This document shows positions 24,901-38,094 of a DNA stretch of 64,000 nucleotides, piece by piece. The notes below the pieces were generated by a model, which did not search any database, was not told the origin of the DNA, and saw only the letters and a list, made by a program, of their open reading frames with translations. A program made the translations under genes and the position numbers. Each line of letters starts with the position of its first letter. Positions within the stretch are counted from its first letter, which is position 1. This stretch comes from Heptranchias perlo (Eukaryota): contig NC_090325.1 of NCBI RefSeq assembly GCF_035084215.1, positions 196,726,001 to 196,790,000 on the forward strand. Direction: 5' to 3'.

Positions 24901-27230
24901 CCCTCCCTATCTCTGTGACCTCCTCCAGCCCCACAACCCTCCCTATCTCTGTAACCTCCTCCAGCCCGACACCCCTCCCTTTCTCTGTAACCTCCTCCAG
25001 CCCTACACCCCTCCCTTTCTCTGTAACCTCCTCCAGCCCCACACCCCTCCCTATCTCTGTAACCTCCTCCAGCCCCACAACCCTCCCTATTTCTGTACCT
25101 TCCTCCAGCCCCACACCCCTCCCTATCTCTGTAACCTCCTCCAGCACCACATCCCTCCCTATCTCTGTAACCCCCTCCAGCCCTACACCCCTCCCTATCT
25201 CTGTACCTTCCTCCAGCCCCACACCCCTCCCTATCTCTGTAACCTCCTCCAGCACCACATCCCTCCCTATCTCTGTAACCCCCTCCAGCCCTACACCCCT
25301 CCCTATCTCTGTAACCTCCTCAAGCCCCACAACCCCTCCCTATTTCTGTAACCTCCTCCAGCCCTACACCCCTCCCTATCTCTGTAACCTCCTCCAGCCC
25401 TACACCCCTCCCTATCTCTGTAACCTCCTCCAGCCCCACAACCCCTCCCTATCTCTGTGACCTCCTCCAGCCCCACAACCCTCCCTATCTCTGTAACCTC
25501 CTCCAGCCCTACACCCCTCCCTATCTCTGTAACCTCCTCCAGCCCCACACCCCTCACTATCTCTGTACCTTCCTCCTGCCCCACAACCCTCCCTATCTCT
25601 GAAACCTCCTCCAGCCCCACATCCCTCCCTATCTCTGTAACCTCCTCCAGCCCCACACCCCTTCCTATCTCTGTAACCTCCTCCAGCCCTACACCCCTCC
25701 CTATCTCTGTAACCTCCTCCAGCCCTACACCCCTCCCTATCTCTGTACCTTCCTCCTGCCCCACAACCCTCCCTATCTCTGAAACCTCCTCCAGCCCCAC
25801 ATCCCTCCCTATCTCTGTAACCTCCTCCAGCCCCACACCCCTTCCTATCTCTGTAACCTCCTCCAGCCCTACACCCCTCCCTATCTCTGTAACCTCCTCC
25901 AGCCCTACCCCCCTCCCTATCTCTGTAACCTCCTCCAGCCCCACAACCCTCCCTATCTCTGTAACCCCCTTCCAGCCCTACACCCCTCCCTATCTCTGTA
26001 ACCTCCTCCAGCCCCACAACCCTCCCTATCTCTGTAACCCCCTCCAGCCCGACACCCCTCCCTTTCTCTGTAACCTCCTCCTGCGCCACACCCCTTCCTA
26101 TCTCTGTAACCTCCTCCAGCCCTACACCCCTCCCTTTCTCTGTAACCTCCTCCAGCCCTACACCCCTCCCTATCTCTGTAACCTCCTACAGCCCCACACC
26201 CCTCCCTATCTCTGTAACCTCCTCCAGCCCCACAACCCTCCCTATCTCTGTAACCCCCTCCAGCCCTACACCCCTCCCTATCTCTGTACCCTCCTCTAGC
26301 CCCACAACCCCTCCCTATTTCTGTAACCTCCTCCAGCCCTACACCCCTCCCTATCTCTGTAACCTCCTCCAGCCCCACAACCCTCCCTATCTCTGTAACC
26401 TCCTCCAGCCCTACACCCCTCCCTATCTCTGTAACCTCCTCCAGCCCCACAACCCTCCCTATCTCTGTAACCCCCTCCAGCCCTACACCCCTCCCTATCT
26501 CTGTACCCTCCTCTAGCCCCACAACCCCTCCCTATCTCTGTAACCTCCTCCAGCCCTACGCCCCTCCCTATCTCTGTAACCTCCTCCAGCCCTACGCCCC
26601 TCCCTATCTCTGTAACCTCCTCCAGCCCCACAACCCTCCCTATCTCTGTAACCTCCTCCAGCCCTACACCCCTCCCTATCTCTGTAACCTCCTCCAGCCC
26701 CACACCCCTCCCTATCTCTGTAACCTCCTCCAGCCCTACACCCCTCCCTATCTCTGTACCTTCCTCCTGCCCCACAACCCTCCCTATCTCTGTAACCTCC
26801 TCCAGCCCCACAACCCTCCCTATCTCTGTAACCTCCTCCAGCCCTACACCCCTCCCTATCTCTGTAACCTCCTCCAGCCCTACACCCCTCCCTATCTCTG
26901 TAACCTCCTCCAACCCTACCCCCCTCCCTATCTCTGTAACCCTCTCCAGCCCTACATCCCTCCCTATCTCTGTAACCCCCTCCAGCCCTACACCCCTCCC
27001 CATCTCTGTAACCTCCTCCAGCCCTACACCCCTCCCTATCTCTGTAACCTCCTCCAGCCCTACACCCCTCCCTATCTCTGTAACCTCCTCCAGCCCTACA
27101 TCCCTCCCTATCTCTAACCTCCTCCAGCCCTACCCCCCTCCCTATCTCTGTAACCTCCTCCAGCCCTACACCCCTCCCTATCTCTGTAACCTCCTCCAGC
27201 CCTACACCCCTCCCTATCTCTGTAACCTCC
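21986..27230. repeat. ~5.2-kb minisatellite, 36-bp unit (CCCTCCCTATCTCTGTAACCTCCTCCAGCCCYACAM), ~145 copies, derived from an L2 LINE
   Basis: Directly visible; the unit equals a single-copy segment of the L2 copies at 43010-43055 and 50120-50165. Confidence 0.97.
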
Positions 27231-27395
27231 GCCAATTCTGGCCTCTTGCGCATCCCCGATTTTAATCGCTCCACCATTGGCGGCCGTGCCTTCAGCTGCC
27301 TAGCCCCTAAGATCTGGAATTCCCTCCCTAAACCTCTCTGCCCCTCTCTCCTCCTTTAAAACGCTCCTTAAAACCTACTTCTTTGACCAAGCTTA
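27231..27395 (+). mobile_element. L2 LINE 3' fragment continuous with the minisatellite
   Basis: CCAATTCTGGCCTCTTGCGCATCCCCGATTTTAATCGCTCCACCATTGGCGGCCGTGCCTTCAGC is shared with other L2 copies. Confidence 0.85.
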
Positions 27396-27781
27396 ACTAA
27401 ACAAGTCATACTAGTCAGTTTAAACACTATAGGGTAGATTTTGCTCGTTTGCACTTAATAGACAGAAGATCCTAGCAGGGGGAGCTCTACTCATCTGCCC
27501 GCCTAATATACACTCTGGTGACTGTACAAATCCGTAACATCTACCCTCAAATCTATTCCTAAAACGCTCTGAACATATTACCCAGAAGGTACTTACTTAA
27601 ATTATGAAATATACAAGTGTTCTACAAACCACTCCTCCTCCTCATATTTTCAGATCTTCAGAAATGTTATATAAACGATCCTTCAGATTTCATTGACTTT
27701 TTACAATTGTCAGTCAAAATTTCCTGACAATGCTGAGTGTAACTGCCTAAACTTTATTTGATACTTGAACTAGTTGCTTAC

Positions 27782-27949
27782 CTCAAGTACTATTTCTCTA
27801 ATATTATTAACATAGAGATGTACATAATCATCCAAGTACAGAGTTATGTTTGATGATGGAATATGGAACCAGTTTAATGCAAGTGCAGCCTCATTTTCAT
27901 TGTTTCCACTCCAAATTATGATGGACGGGTGGGATTTTAGTCGACGGAT
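27782..27949 (-). CDS. MANBA: MANBA exon 11 (acid/base Glu in WSGNNENE)
   Basis: [31 protein letters not shown]...[11 protein letters not shown]; 168 nt; ttcag| and |gtaagc. Confidence 0.97.
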
Positions 27950-28689
27950 CTGAAGGCAAAAAAGAAGCAAAATTTACTTAAACTAATCTAGCAAAAGACA
28001 TTTGTGGAGACTGACACCTAACAGAATTACAGGGCTGCAAACATAACAGATACAAAGAAGTGACCACCAATAAACAGCAAATTTAACAAACTGGAAGATC
28101 CACTCTTGATGCTTTTGGACATTTAGCTGGAAGGGAGGGCAGGGTCTCTGCAGAGGGGTGAAGAGATTATTGGATCTCATGTTAAAGAAGAACATTACAA
28201 CGTGTGAACAGAAACCAATGTAAACTGTTGTACATAATGGGTCAACAATTCAGAGCAGATGGACCAAGGGATGGTATTGGTAAAGCTGAAAACCTGTACA
28301 GTACTAGAACACTCGGGCTGTCCTGCAATATGCCACTATAAACGAAGGCACGTCCTGTTGCTTGTACCATATTTAAAACTCAAGAATCACATGATAAAAG
28401 GACAATTATACACTTTGCAGCTGCTGTTGAAGCAGATTTGCTCTTCCAACATTACGGGTAGTCGTGGATGTGCTCTCCAAGACTGTCACTCCACTAAACA
28501 TCAGGGCGAGTGTGCTCATGATTTCCAGATATGCACTCCCTGCAGGAAAGGCTCTGCACTGGGTGTGGGGAGGGGGTCACATTCATAAAATGTACCCTCC
28601 TAAGTCTATTTTTACTCTTCAGTTGGCAGAACATATCATCAGTCTTTCAGACATAGACTTTTCTTGGCAACATACATAACAGCAACATA

Positions 28690-30306
28690 ACAACACCAAC
28701 CTGCATTTATTCAGTGCCTTTAACACAGAAAAATCTCCCATGGCATTTCATTGAGGCACAAGGCAAAATAACTGGATGCCAAGCCCAATAAGGAGATTAG
28801 ATTGGGGGAGGTGCCAAAAGCTTGGTCAAAAGGGTGGGTTTTCAAGATGTCTTAAAGGAGGAGAGGGAGGTGGAGAATCACAGGGGTTTAGGGAGGGAAT
28901 TCCAGAAAGTGGGGCCAAGGAACAAAGACATAGCTGACATTGGCGGGGCAAAGGGAAAGAGCAATGCCGCAGAGGAACAGAGGGGCTGGAGGGCTGGAGG
29001 TGGTTACAGAGCGAGGGAGGAGCAATTAAACACAATAATGCCAATTTTAAGTTTGAAGCACTGGGAGACCACAAGCTAATGTTGGTCGGTGAGGATGAGG
29101 TGATGGGTGAACTTAACTTGGGTTGAGTTAGGATACGGGCATCAGAGTCTTGGATGAGCTGAAGTTTATGGAGGGTAGAGGATGGGGGTTGGGAAGCCGG
29201 CCAGGAGAGCATTGGAATAATAGTCTGGAGGTGAAAAAGGCACGAATGAGGATTTCAGTGGCAGATGGGCTGAGGTGGATGATTTTACAGAGATGAAAGT
29301 AGGCAGTCTTTGTGATGGAAAGCATACGGGGTCAAAAAGGACGCTTAGATTGCAAACAGTCTGGTTCAGCCTGAGACAGTTGCCAGGGAGGGGGTGGAGA
29401 AGGTAATGAGGGTACGGAGTTTGTGACGATGGCCAAAGATAATGGCTTTAGTGCTCCCAATTTTAGCTGAAGAAACTTGCAGCTCATCCAAGATGGGGTG
29501 TCTGACAAACGTCTGACAGCACACAGATGTCCAAGGGTGATGAAAGCCAATGAAGATGTAGAGCTGGGTGTCATTGGTGTACATGCGGAAGGTGACCCCA
29601 TGTCTGCAGATGACATCACCAAGGGGCAGCATGTAGATGAGGAATGGGGGGGGGGGGGGGGGGGGGGAAGCGAAGGATGGGTCTTTGAAAGACTCCAGGG
29701 GTGACAGTGCAGGGGATTGGGAAGACATTCATTGCCTGAGATGCACCTACTACAATCAGATAGGCGAGAGTGAAGACAATGAAGATAGTCCTACTGAGCT
29801 ACACAACAGAGGAGAGGCGTTGGAGGGAGATGGTGCAGTCAACTGTGTCACAGTCTGCAGAGCGGTCGAAGGCGGCAAGGAGGGACAAAACATTGTACTC
29901 CCCCGAGAATCGAAGATTAAGAGGTGATCACATTGAGGTGTTTGAGATGATTAAAGGATTTGATAGGGTAGATAGAGAGAAACTATTTCCTCTGGTGGGG
30001 GGAGTCCAGAACAAGGGGGCATAACCTTAAAATTAGAGCCAGGCCGTTCAGGGGTGATGTCAGGAAGCACTTCTTCACACAAAGGGGAGTGGAAATCTGG
30101 AACTCTCTCCCCCCAAAAAGCTGTTGAGGCTGGGGGTCAATTGAAAATTTCAAAACTAAGGTTGATCGATTTTTGTTGGGTAAGGGTATTAAGGGTTAAA
30201 GAACCGAGGCGGGCAGATGGAGTTAAGATACGGATCAGCCATGATCTAATTGAATGACGGAACAGGCTCGAGGGGCTGAATGGCCTCCTCCTGGTGCATT
30301 GTTCCT
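28690..30306. mobile_element. Degenerate L2 LINE (minus, ~28690-29900) with CR1 3' fragment (plus, ~29905-30306)
   Basis: FLIYMLPLGDVICRHGVTFRMYTNDTQLY (L2 RT, YADDTQLY-like); RRLRGDHIEVF...GFDRVDREKLFPL (CR1). Confidence 0.8.
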
Positions 30307-30879
30307 AGTCAGTCACAGAGAATTCCTTTCGTGACTTTGTTAGGGCCGTTTCAAATGTTAAGGGAAGGGTAGAAACCTGATTGGATCCAACAGATTGCAG
30401 AAGAGATGGGCACAGATCTGGGAGGTGAGAACACATTTGAGGAGTCTGCACAACTCTACACTCAGGATAAGGTTAATGTAACATGATAGGCTCTACTCAA
30501 TGTCAGTGAAGTGAAAAACAGATCTACACGCTGGGTATAAAAAGACTTTACAACTGCCTTTTAGATCAACAGTGAGAGAGAGAGAAAAACAAAGAACAAA
30601 CTTGCATCTACAAAGTGTCTTTGCCATCCCGAAAGGACTTTACAACCAATGGATTACTATTAAAACAAAGTCACTTTGTTGTTATGCAGCAATATATGAC
30701 AGCCAATTTACACACAGCAAGATCTCACAAATAGCAAATGAATGAATAGCCAGATAATCTGTTTTGGTGGTCTCGATTGAGGATAGAGTGTTGGTCAGGA
30801 CATCGGGAAACTTCCTGCTCTTCCTCAAACAGTGCTGTGGGAATGGTCGATGAGGCTTTGGAAGGTCGACTAGTACAAT

Positions 30880-31647
30880 GGGCCGGATTTTGCTCTGAAC
30901 GGAGCCTGCCGCTCGTTAGACTTCCACTTGCTCATAGACTTCTCACAGGCTTGTACATAGCAAGTTCCTCCCAAGGGGCCCTCAATCCAGTACGGCCCCA
31001 GACTCCCCGGCCCCCGACTCCCCGGCATTTGGGACCTGTACGAACGGGGCAAGCAACTGTGTATCCCCTTAACCAATCAGAGTGAAGCATGTTAATAAGC
31101 AATGCAGAGACTGAACCAGGAAGTGTAAGTTAGAACAGTGAATTCAATGTCAATAAGTTAAAGAAAGTGAAATAGAGGGTAAGAAATATTGGAGATAAAA
31201 AAGGAAAGAAAAAGTTAAAAAATTAAAATGTTAAATTTTTTTATGTCCAACAACAATTAAAATCTAAAGGAATGAGACTCCACACTTGTAAAAGTTAATT
31301 TTCAGTGCCAGAGAGTTGTTTGGCCGTCATTGAGACGTTCCACACTGTTAAAAAGGTGCTCAGACTTAAAAAAACTTGACGTATCTTTTTCTGGCGCGAT
31401 TAGTTCGTTTCCATCGGGGGAGGGGGTAGAGGAACTTCACGTCGTTCCGTTCACTTTAGCGGTGAGTCAGCCGGCGAGATGCCGTTCTCGCAGGATTTAC
31501 GGAGAAACAGGGCATCTGGTACAGCCACTTCCGGATTTCCGCATTTAACTGCGTAGGTTGAGTCACCGGAAGCTGCTGTCCGATTTGCACTGAAATAACC
31601 GTGAGCCCCGTTAGTCTCACCATTATTTTCGGAGCAAAATCCGGCCC
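30880..31647. mobile_element. Non-autonomous PIF/Harbinger-type DNA transposon (MITE), 768 bp
   Basis: Perfect 16-bp TIR GGGCCGGATTTTGCTC (19/20 extended); 3-bp TSD AAT at 30877-30879 and 31648-31650. Confidence 0.87.
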
Positions 31648-32585
31648 AATGTATTTTTTCCCGCACCTCTCATGGTAAATTTACGGCATTTATTACAGTC
31701 TACCGGACAAAGAAGTGAGCACAGCCCCAGGTGACAGTAACAGGGCCTCACTCCACAAGAATGATGCGCTGCTCACTAAAATTTAGAAGGGACGGAGGAA
31801 CTTGCAAAGAGAAAATGATCGAATGCAAAAGTACACAAAAATTTGTAGAAAAAAAGTGATAATAAGTGAACTAGCAATGAAACAAGTCATCATGTAATAA
31901 TAAATGGAATCTAACAGGATCATAGACTTTAGAAGCAGACAATTTATTAGCCAGCCAACCGCATATTTTGGGGAATTGTGTCCCTCATTGGCAGTGCATA
32001 CTCAGAGAATCAGTCCCTAGTGTAAATGTTACACCATCATATATTGGTTGTTAATCAAAGCTCTGTAACTATTGTGGAGTAATTAATACATTGGTGCATC
32101 TTATCAAGATCTTATGGCCAGTGGAATTTATCGTATTATCAAAATTAGAGCTAAAAAGCCAACAGTATTAAAATAATTTACGGGTTCAGGCCATGTCACA
32201 GATTTCTTTAACTTCACCCTTGCCTCGAATTGTTTTGTCTTCTTGCCCATTGGGTTTACTTCCTTCTGCCTGCCCATCACTATACCTGGTGCATGATAAA
32301 GCTGCTTTCACTTTGCTATGCTCTATACAGTTATTATACCCAATTTATTTTTCTATAAATGGTATAAATAATTAAAAGGCATTTATACAAACATATGCTG
32401 AACGTTTTAATATTAAAAGGTCACATAAAAGCAATCATTTAAAAATCTAGAAGTACATCACAAAAATTCTTTAAATGTAGTAACATATGTGTAACATACA
32501 GAAATACATTAACATCACCACATGCTTTTAAAAACTTATTAAATTAGAAGTGATGGATTTCTTATCTGAATTTGAATCCACTTAC

Positions 32586-32672
32586 CTGATGGGTAATTTC
32601 TGCCTTTACTGAATTAACAAAGCTGTTGTCAATGGGGTAAAGTGCACAGGCAAACATAAAATCTTGCCAAAT
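32586..32672 (-). CDS. MANBA: MANBA exon 10
   Basis: IWQDFMFACALYPIDNSFVNSVKAEITHQ; 87 nt; ttcag| and |gtaagt. Confidence 0.97.
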
Positions 32673-33164
32673 CTGAAAAATGGGGACACACAAGATGTTT
32701 CATTACCAAAAAGCAAACTACTGGTAAGGGTTTACCTTTATTGTCTTTTGTTGTCAAACACAGCTCTGGTTATGCATTGCAGTAACACAACTGTGTTATT
32801 CAATCAGCAATTTCTCAGCCAGCTTGTTAAGAATGCTGCTGAATCATTATGTAATAGTTAGTAATGGGCAAGTACAAAACACTGTTTAATAGTTCACCAG
32901 CGAGGAGCATCAGTATTTATTTTTGGTTTGAAACCTTCCAAATAAAAGAGAATTTGTGGGGTAGAAGGACATGAGCTCAATATGTGGATCATCAGTTTCA
33001 ATTAAAGAATGAGGGAGACCATATCAACAGCAATTAATCAATCCTCCTCATTTGCTTATCCTTCACACAGTAGAAAAATGTCCCAACAGTTCAAAAATAA
33101 AAATGGTTGAGATGTAATCAGATTTTAAAGCCTGCCTATGAATACATCCTCTTTTGAGAATAGA

Positions 33165-34600
33165 AAGACTTATATTTGCATAGTATCTGATGTTTCTCAG
33201 AAATTTTTCTCAAAGTACTACAATTGAATTACTGTGAAGTGCAGAAACTGTTATGACAATAGCCATTTTGTTTCCAGCAACATCCCACAAACACCAATAA
33301 AGTGAGTGATGTTGGTTGAGGGAGAAATGTTAGGGGAACTCCTCTGCTCTTCCTCAAGTAACGGCAAGGGGTCCTTAATACCTTCCTGAACCGCCTAAAG
33401 AATCATTTGAAGAGCAGCATGTCTGACAGTGCAGCACTCCCTCGGTACTACACTAGAGTGTCACTCTAGATTCCGTGCTCAAGTCTTGGGGTGGATCTTA
33501 AACCCACAACCTTCTGACTCGGAGGGAGAATGCTATCGACTGAGCAAGGCTGACACTAACAGACCTATAAAGGAAGACAGTGCTTGATTAAGAGAGTTAT
33601 GGTGAATGGGGGAAATGTAGAGGATATGTAGTACATGGACTTTCAGAAAGCCTTTGACAAACTACCATAATATTGGAGAAAATTTAAGGGGTATGGTATT
33701 AGCAGAAGGTAGAAGGGTAGTTATTGGATTAAAAACTGGTTGAAAGAGAGTAAAGAGAGAGTAGGAGTTAAGGGCAGTTTCTCAGAGTGTTTGGAAGTGG
33801 GTATCGATATCCCACAGGGTTCTGTTCTGGAACTGCTTCTGTTCACTGTGTACATCAATGGTTTGGATATAGGGCTCGAGTGAGTAGTGTCCAAGTTTGC
33901 AAATGATATTAAAATAGGAGGCAGAGTAAATAATTCTGAGGGCCAGAGGAAGCAGCAAAGGGAGATTGATAAGACGGCGGAAAGGGGACAAAGTGACAGA
34001 TGGAATTCAACGTCAGTGAATGCGAGGTGGTACATTTTGGTTAAAAAAAGTATTGATACTTTGAAAGGGGGAAGGCTGAGCGATGTGGAGGAGGAGAGAG
34101 CTTCAGGATCACAAGACATTAATAGCCCCTCAAGTGGACAAAAAAAGCTAATGGAATACTGAGTTTGATGGCAAGGGGTATAGGATCTAAGTGCCGAGAT
34201 GTAATGGTGAATCTGTATAAAACCTTGGTAAGGCAGCAGCTGGGGTAGTGCACAAGGAAATACCAATGGGAAGAAGGACTTGAAAAATTGGTGCTGTTTT
34301 TGTTGGAACATTGGAGATTAAAGTGGCCTAGAACAAGGGGGCAAGTTAAAACGGAAGAGATTCAGAACAGAGAAAAGGGAAACTTTTTTTTTAAACACAG
34401 AGTTGTAGGCACTATCGGAGTTTGTAATTGAAGCAGAGACCAGGTCAGCATTTCAGATTAGGTTAGATAGGTGGTTGAAGGAAAGAGGGATTAAGGGATA
34501 TGGGAGCAAGGTGAACACATGGAATTACTACTATTGCTTGTGGGAGATTAAATGCCAACACAGACTGGTTGGCATTCCATATTGTAATTTCTATGTAACA
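33165..34600. mobile_element. Degenerate SINE (minus, ~33165-33557) followed by an old CR1 (plus, ~33590-34600)
   Basis: SINE reverse-complement motifs; ATGGACTTTCAGAAAGCCTTTGAC (MDFQKAFD) and SKFANDIKIGG RT remnants. Confidence 0.72.
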
Positions 34601-35110
34601 CTCAGCAAAGTGATAGGATTTACTCCACGATCAAGTCTAATTCAAGATATGACACGGTCATTGTTCTGGTAGAATGAGACATCTCACCAAGAAACTCTCA
34701 AACCGTGGTAGGTCGAGAACAGCCTAGATTATTTTAAGATAATTGGCAAAAAATATCCAGGGAGGAAATTAGGAGAAAATTATTTACACAGCAAGTTATT
34801 ATGATCTGGAATGCGCTGCCTGAAAGGGCGGTGGAAGCAGATTCAATAATAACTTCAAAAGGGAATTGGATAAATACTTGAAAAGGCCATTTCAACCCAC
34901 CACGGCTATGGGGACAGAGCAGGGAGTGGGATTAATTGTATAGCTCTTTCAAAGAGCTGGTACAGGCACAATGGGCTGAATGGCCTTCTCCTGTGCTGTA
35001 ATGATTCTAGTGAGTAGCTGCTTGGAGATTGTTCGAAGGATTTCCTGAGGTTCTTGGTCCTTTATACATATAAACAAAATCCATCAACTTTCTCCTTTTT
35101 AATTTCTTAC

Positions 35111-35228
35111 CATAATTCCCAATTCATCGCACAGATTATAAAATTCATCTTGTTCGTACACTCCTCCGCCCCAGACCCTCAATGTATTCATATTGGCATC
35201 AACCGTTGACTGCAACAAGTTTTGCAAA
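35111..35228 (-). CDS. MANBA: MANBA exon 9
   Basis: [39 protein letters not shown]; 118 nt; aacag| and |gtaaga. Confidence 0.97.
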
Positions 35229-36516
35229 CTGTTAATCACACAAGCAAGTAAGTGTTAGCATGTGGTAAGTAACGCGGCATAAATAGAACTGTGGTGCAAA
35301 TCGAAGAAAATGAACACTAGGCCCTAAACAGTACATTAACATCAGCTACTGTGAATAATTCTGCAAGTTTAGAACTCGTGATCTAATGTAACTGTTTGTT
35401 AAGGCCTCAACATCCAGCAAAATCCAGCTCGAACAGTAGAATACTCGAAAAGGAGAAATTTGCAGAGCTATGGGAAGAGAGTAGGGGGAATGAAACTAAT
35501 TGGATAGCTCTTTCAAAGAGTCGGCACAGACACAATGGGCCAAATGGCCTCCTTCTTTGCTGTATGATTCTATGAATTACCAAGAATTAGCTGGTACCTC
35601 ATTTGTTGGAACACAAATCGGAAAGTCACGGGCAGTAAGCCTGCGGTTTTTCAATACACACACGGCATGAGAGACACTCATAGAATCTACTCCCAGATTA
35701 CAATCTCGATCATAAACGTAGAAGTATTTTCTGCTGGCAATCAGCTGATCCATGTCTAATTTTAACAATTTTTCTTACTGAATTAAAAAACCAGAGAATT
35801 CCTCATTTTCGACATTCAAATCAAACTATGGAACTTAACACTTAAGTTATTTTGTCTAATAATTTAGCACAGATCCAAACTGGGTGTCAGACTTCACATT
35901 AAAATAGTGATCCTTTTTTTAATTTAAGGTTTAATGTGTTGCGGTAGAATCAATAGACAAGCAGTGACTAGTATAGAGATTTAAAGCTGGCAGTGAGCAC
36001 TCTTGTTCATTGCAATTCTTACAATAGAGACAACATTTGAAAGGTCAGTCTTTGCATAAAGGCTTTTCAGCAAAGGTCACCCCTTTGAAAGTCTGCGGAA
36101 ATTACTGTTTGATTGTTTGAAATGTCTTCTATCTGTGTACAAGAATTTCAGGCTTGTAAATCGGTATTTCATGATTGTAATGGCCCCAAGGTTTAGGAAA
36201 TCGATGCAAAGCATATTTTGACCAGAGTTGTTCTTCCTCATATATGTGGAAGACATTTTCACAAATCCAAGATAACGTGATAATAAAACTTTACATTATA
36301 GCTTTTTTATAATGTTTCCTTCATCACAACAGTGACTACACTTCAAAAGTACTTCATTGGCTGTAAAGCGCTTGGGGATGTCCTGAGGTGGTGAAAGGCA
36401 CAATATAAATGCAAATTCTTTCTTTTATTTATCAGACTTCATTATTTTGTGTACTGATGTTACGATGTATAAATTAGACTGCAGTTAATGTACGTCGTGA
36501 AGTTTTCAAAACTTAC

Positions 36517-36668
36517 ACATCAAATGTCACTCTGTCCAGAAAGGCATCTGCAGGGATCCAGTTTGAACCTTTGATGAATATTGGGAGTCCATTAATCTTA
36601 AAATAAAAGCTTAGTCCAGGAGACCCTGGTATAGGTTCTTGTACCAGCTCCACTGTCCTAAAATAGAC
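36517..36668 (-). CDS. MANBA: MANBA exon 8
   Basis: [50 protein letters not shown]; 152 nt; caaag| and |gtaagt. Confidence 0.97.
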
Positions 36669-37333
36669 CTTTGGAAAACATGAGATCGTAAAATTTTAAC
36701 CTGGTAGGAAAAAGGGAATAAAATAACCGACATACATATTGGAATATATATAACTTATTGTGATTTCAAGATTAAATTAATTCAGATTTGAAAACAATGT
36801 TTTATATACCTACAAGATACAATAGGGAATCCTGAATCTCCAGAGAGTGATAATTCAAATCCTAGCCATGAGTTACTGGAATATGATTGTACTCTACTGG
36901 TTCACAAACAGACCTCCTTGATGGCAGAATGCTCTAATATCTATGAGGAATGCAGCAAGAATTGTATGTATCGTAACATAGCCACTAAAGCACACCTCTT
37001 GATATGAAGCAAAGTTATTGCTGACTAGTTTACATCTTAAACTCTCCTGCTTGCTTAGCTGAGGTAAGGCAGCATTAAGGTAAACACTAGAACTGGGAAT
37101 TGTTACCTTTTATTCTTGAAGGAAAGGAAATTAAAAAGTTAAGACAGATTTTTCTTTTAAAATATAATTATCAGTGACCAAAAATATTACATTTTAAAAT
37201 GATTTTCACCTTGAAAAAACAAACTACACTGATTACAAGGTTCTCACCTCGCTACAGTATTTCACCCAGTTGATAATGTGGATATTTTTTTTTTAAACTT
37301 AAAATAGACATTCAGTTTTAAAAAAATACTGAC

Positions 37334-37444
37334 CATAATGGACTTTTCAATGTGGTATTCTCCTCTGATTGTGAAAATAACCGTCATATTGTAACCAGTC
37401 TGATTGCCGTGACCGTTCGGCCACCAACGATCAACAGTAGCATT
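37334..37444 (-). CDS. MANBA: MANBA exon 7
   Basis: [37 protein letters not shown]; 111 nt; tccag| and |gtcagt. Confidence 0.96.
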
Positions 37445-38094
37445 CTGGAGAAACAGAAGTCCCAGTAAGTGGCGGACAGTTCTCCACGTTTATACACTAA
37501 TTCCGTGTCAAGATTAACGCACAACATGAAAACATAAGTCTAACCCTTCATGAGCCAAGGAGTGGATATCGGGGATTTGAGCACAGCCTGCGTCATTTTC
37601 CATCTATAATTGTAAATGACGAACCATTGCAGGGTTTGTGCCCTTGACGCGAAGGATTACTAACGATGAAAATTCACCGTCATATCAAGAAGTTATTACA
37701 CAGGCTCATTGTAATGTTACCGTGTGAAAAATCAGTAACTGATATCGTTTACATTTATTATTACTAAGAGACATTTTTGCAATATCTGTCATCCTAGTCT
37801 AGTGATGCCCCTCTGAGGAGCTGCAAACAATAGAAGGCAGGCTCGCCACCAGTACATCTCTCACGGAAAGTGCAGTGTGTTTGGAGGGTCAAGCAAACCC
37901 CCTCTTCCACGCCCCTTCCCTGATAAACTGCAACTGATTTTGGACCCCTCTGAGCTTGAAATGATTCCCTACAGTGTTCCAATTACAGAAGGAGAAAAGG
38001 TCCTGCTTTATTAGACCATTCCACTCAAAAGCTGCATAACTGGGAGCTCTGTAGGTCTCTGTCCTGTCTTTATGGGATCTCAGGTGGAGATATT

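Noticed and set aside
21881-27277. Long ORFs (up to 797 aa) of GLEEVTEIGRGV, PYLCNLLQPHTP or mucin-like TSSSPTPLPISV repeats
   Set aside because: These follow from a stop-free 36-bp (3n) repeat unit. Frames break at 37-bp variants, and the region is intronic and LINE-derived.
27431-27547. Small MITE with 9-bp inverted ends AGGGTAGAT
   Set aside because: The TIR is too short and there is no matching TSD.
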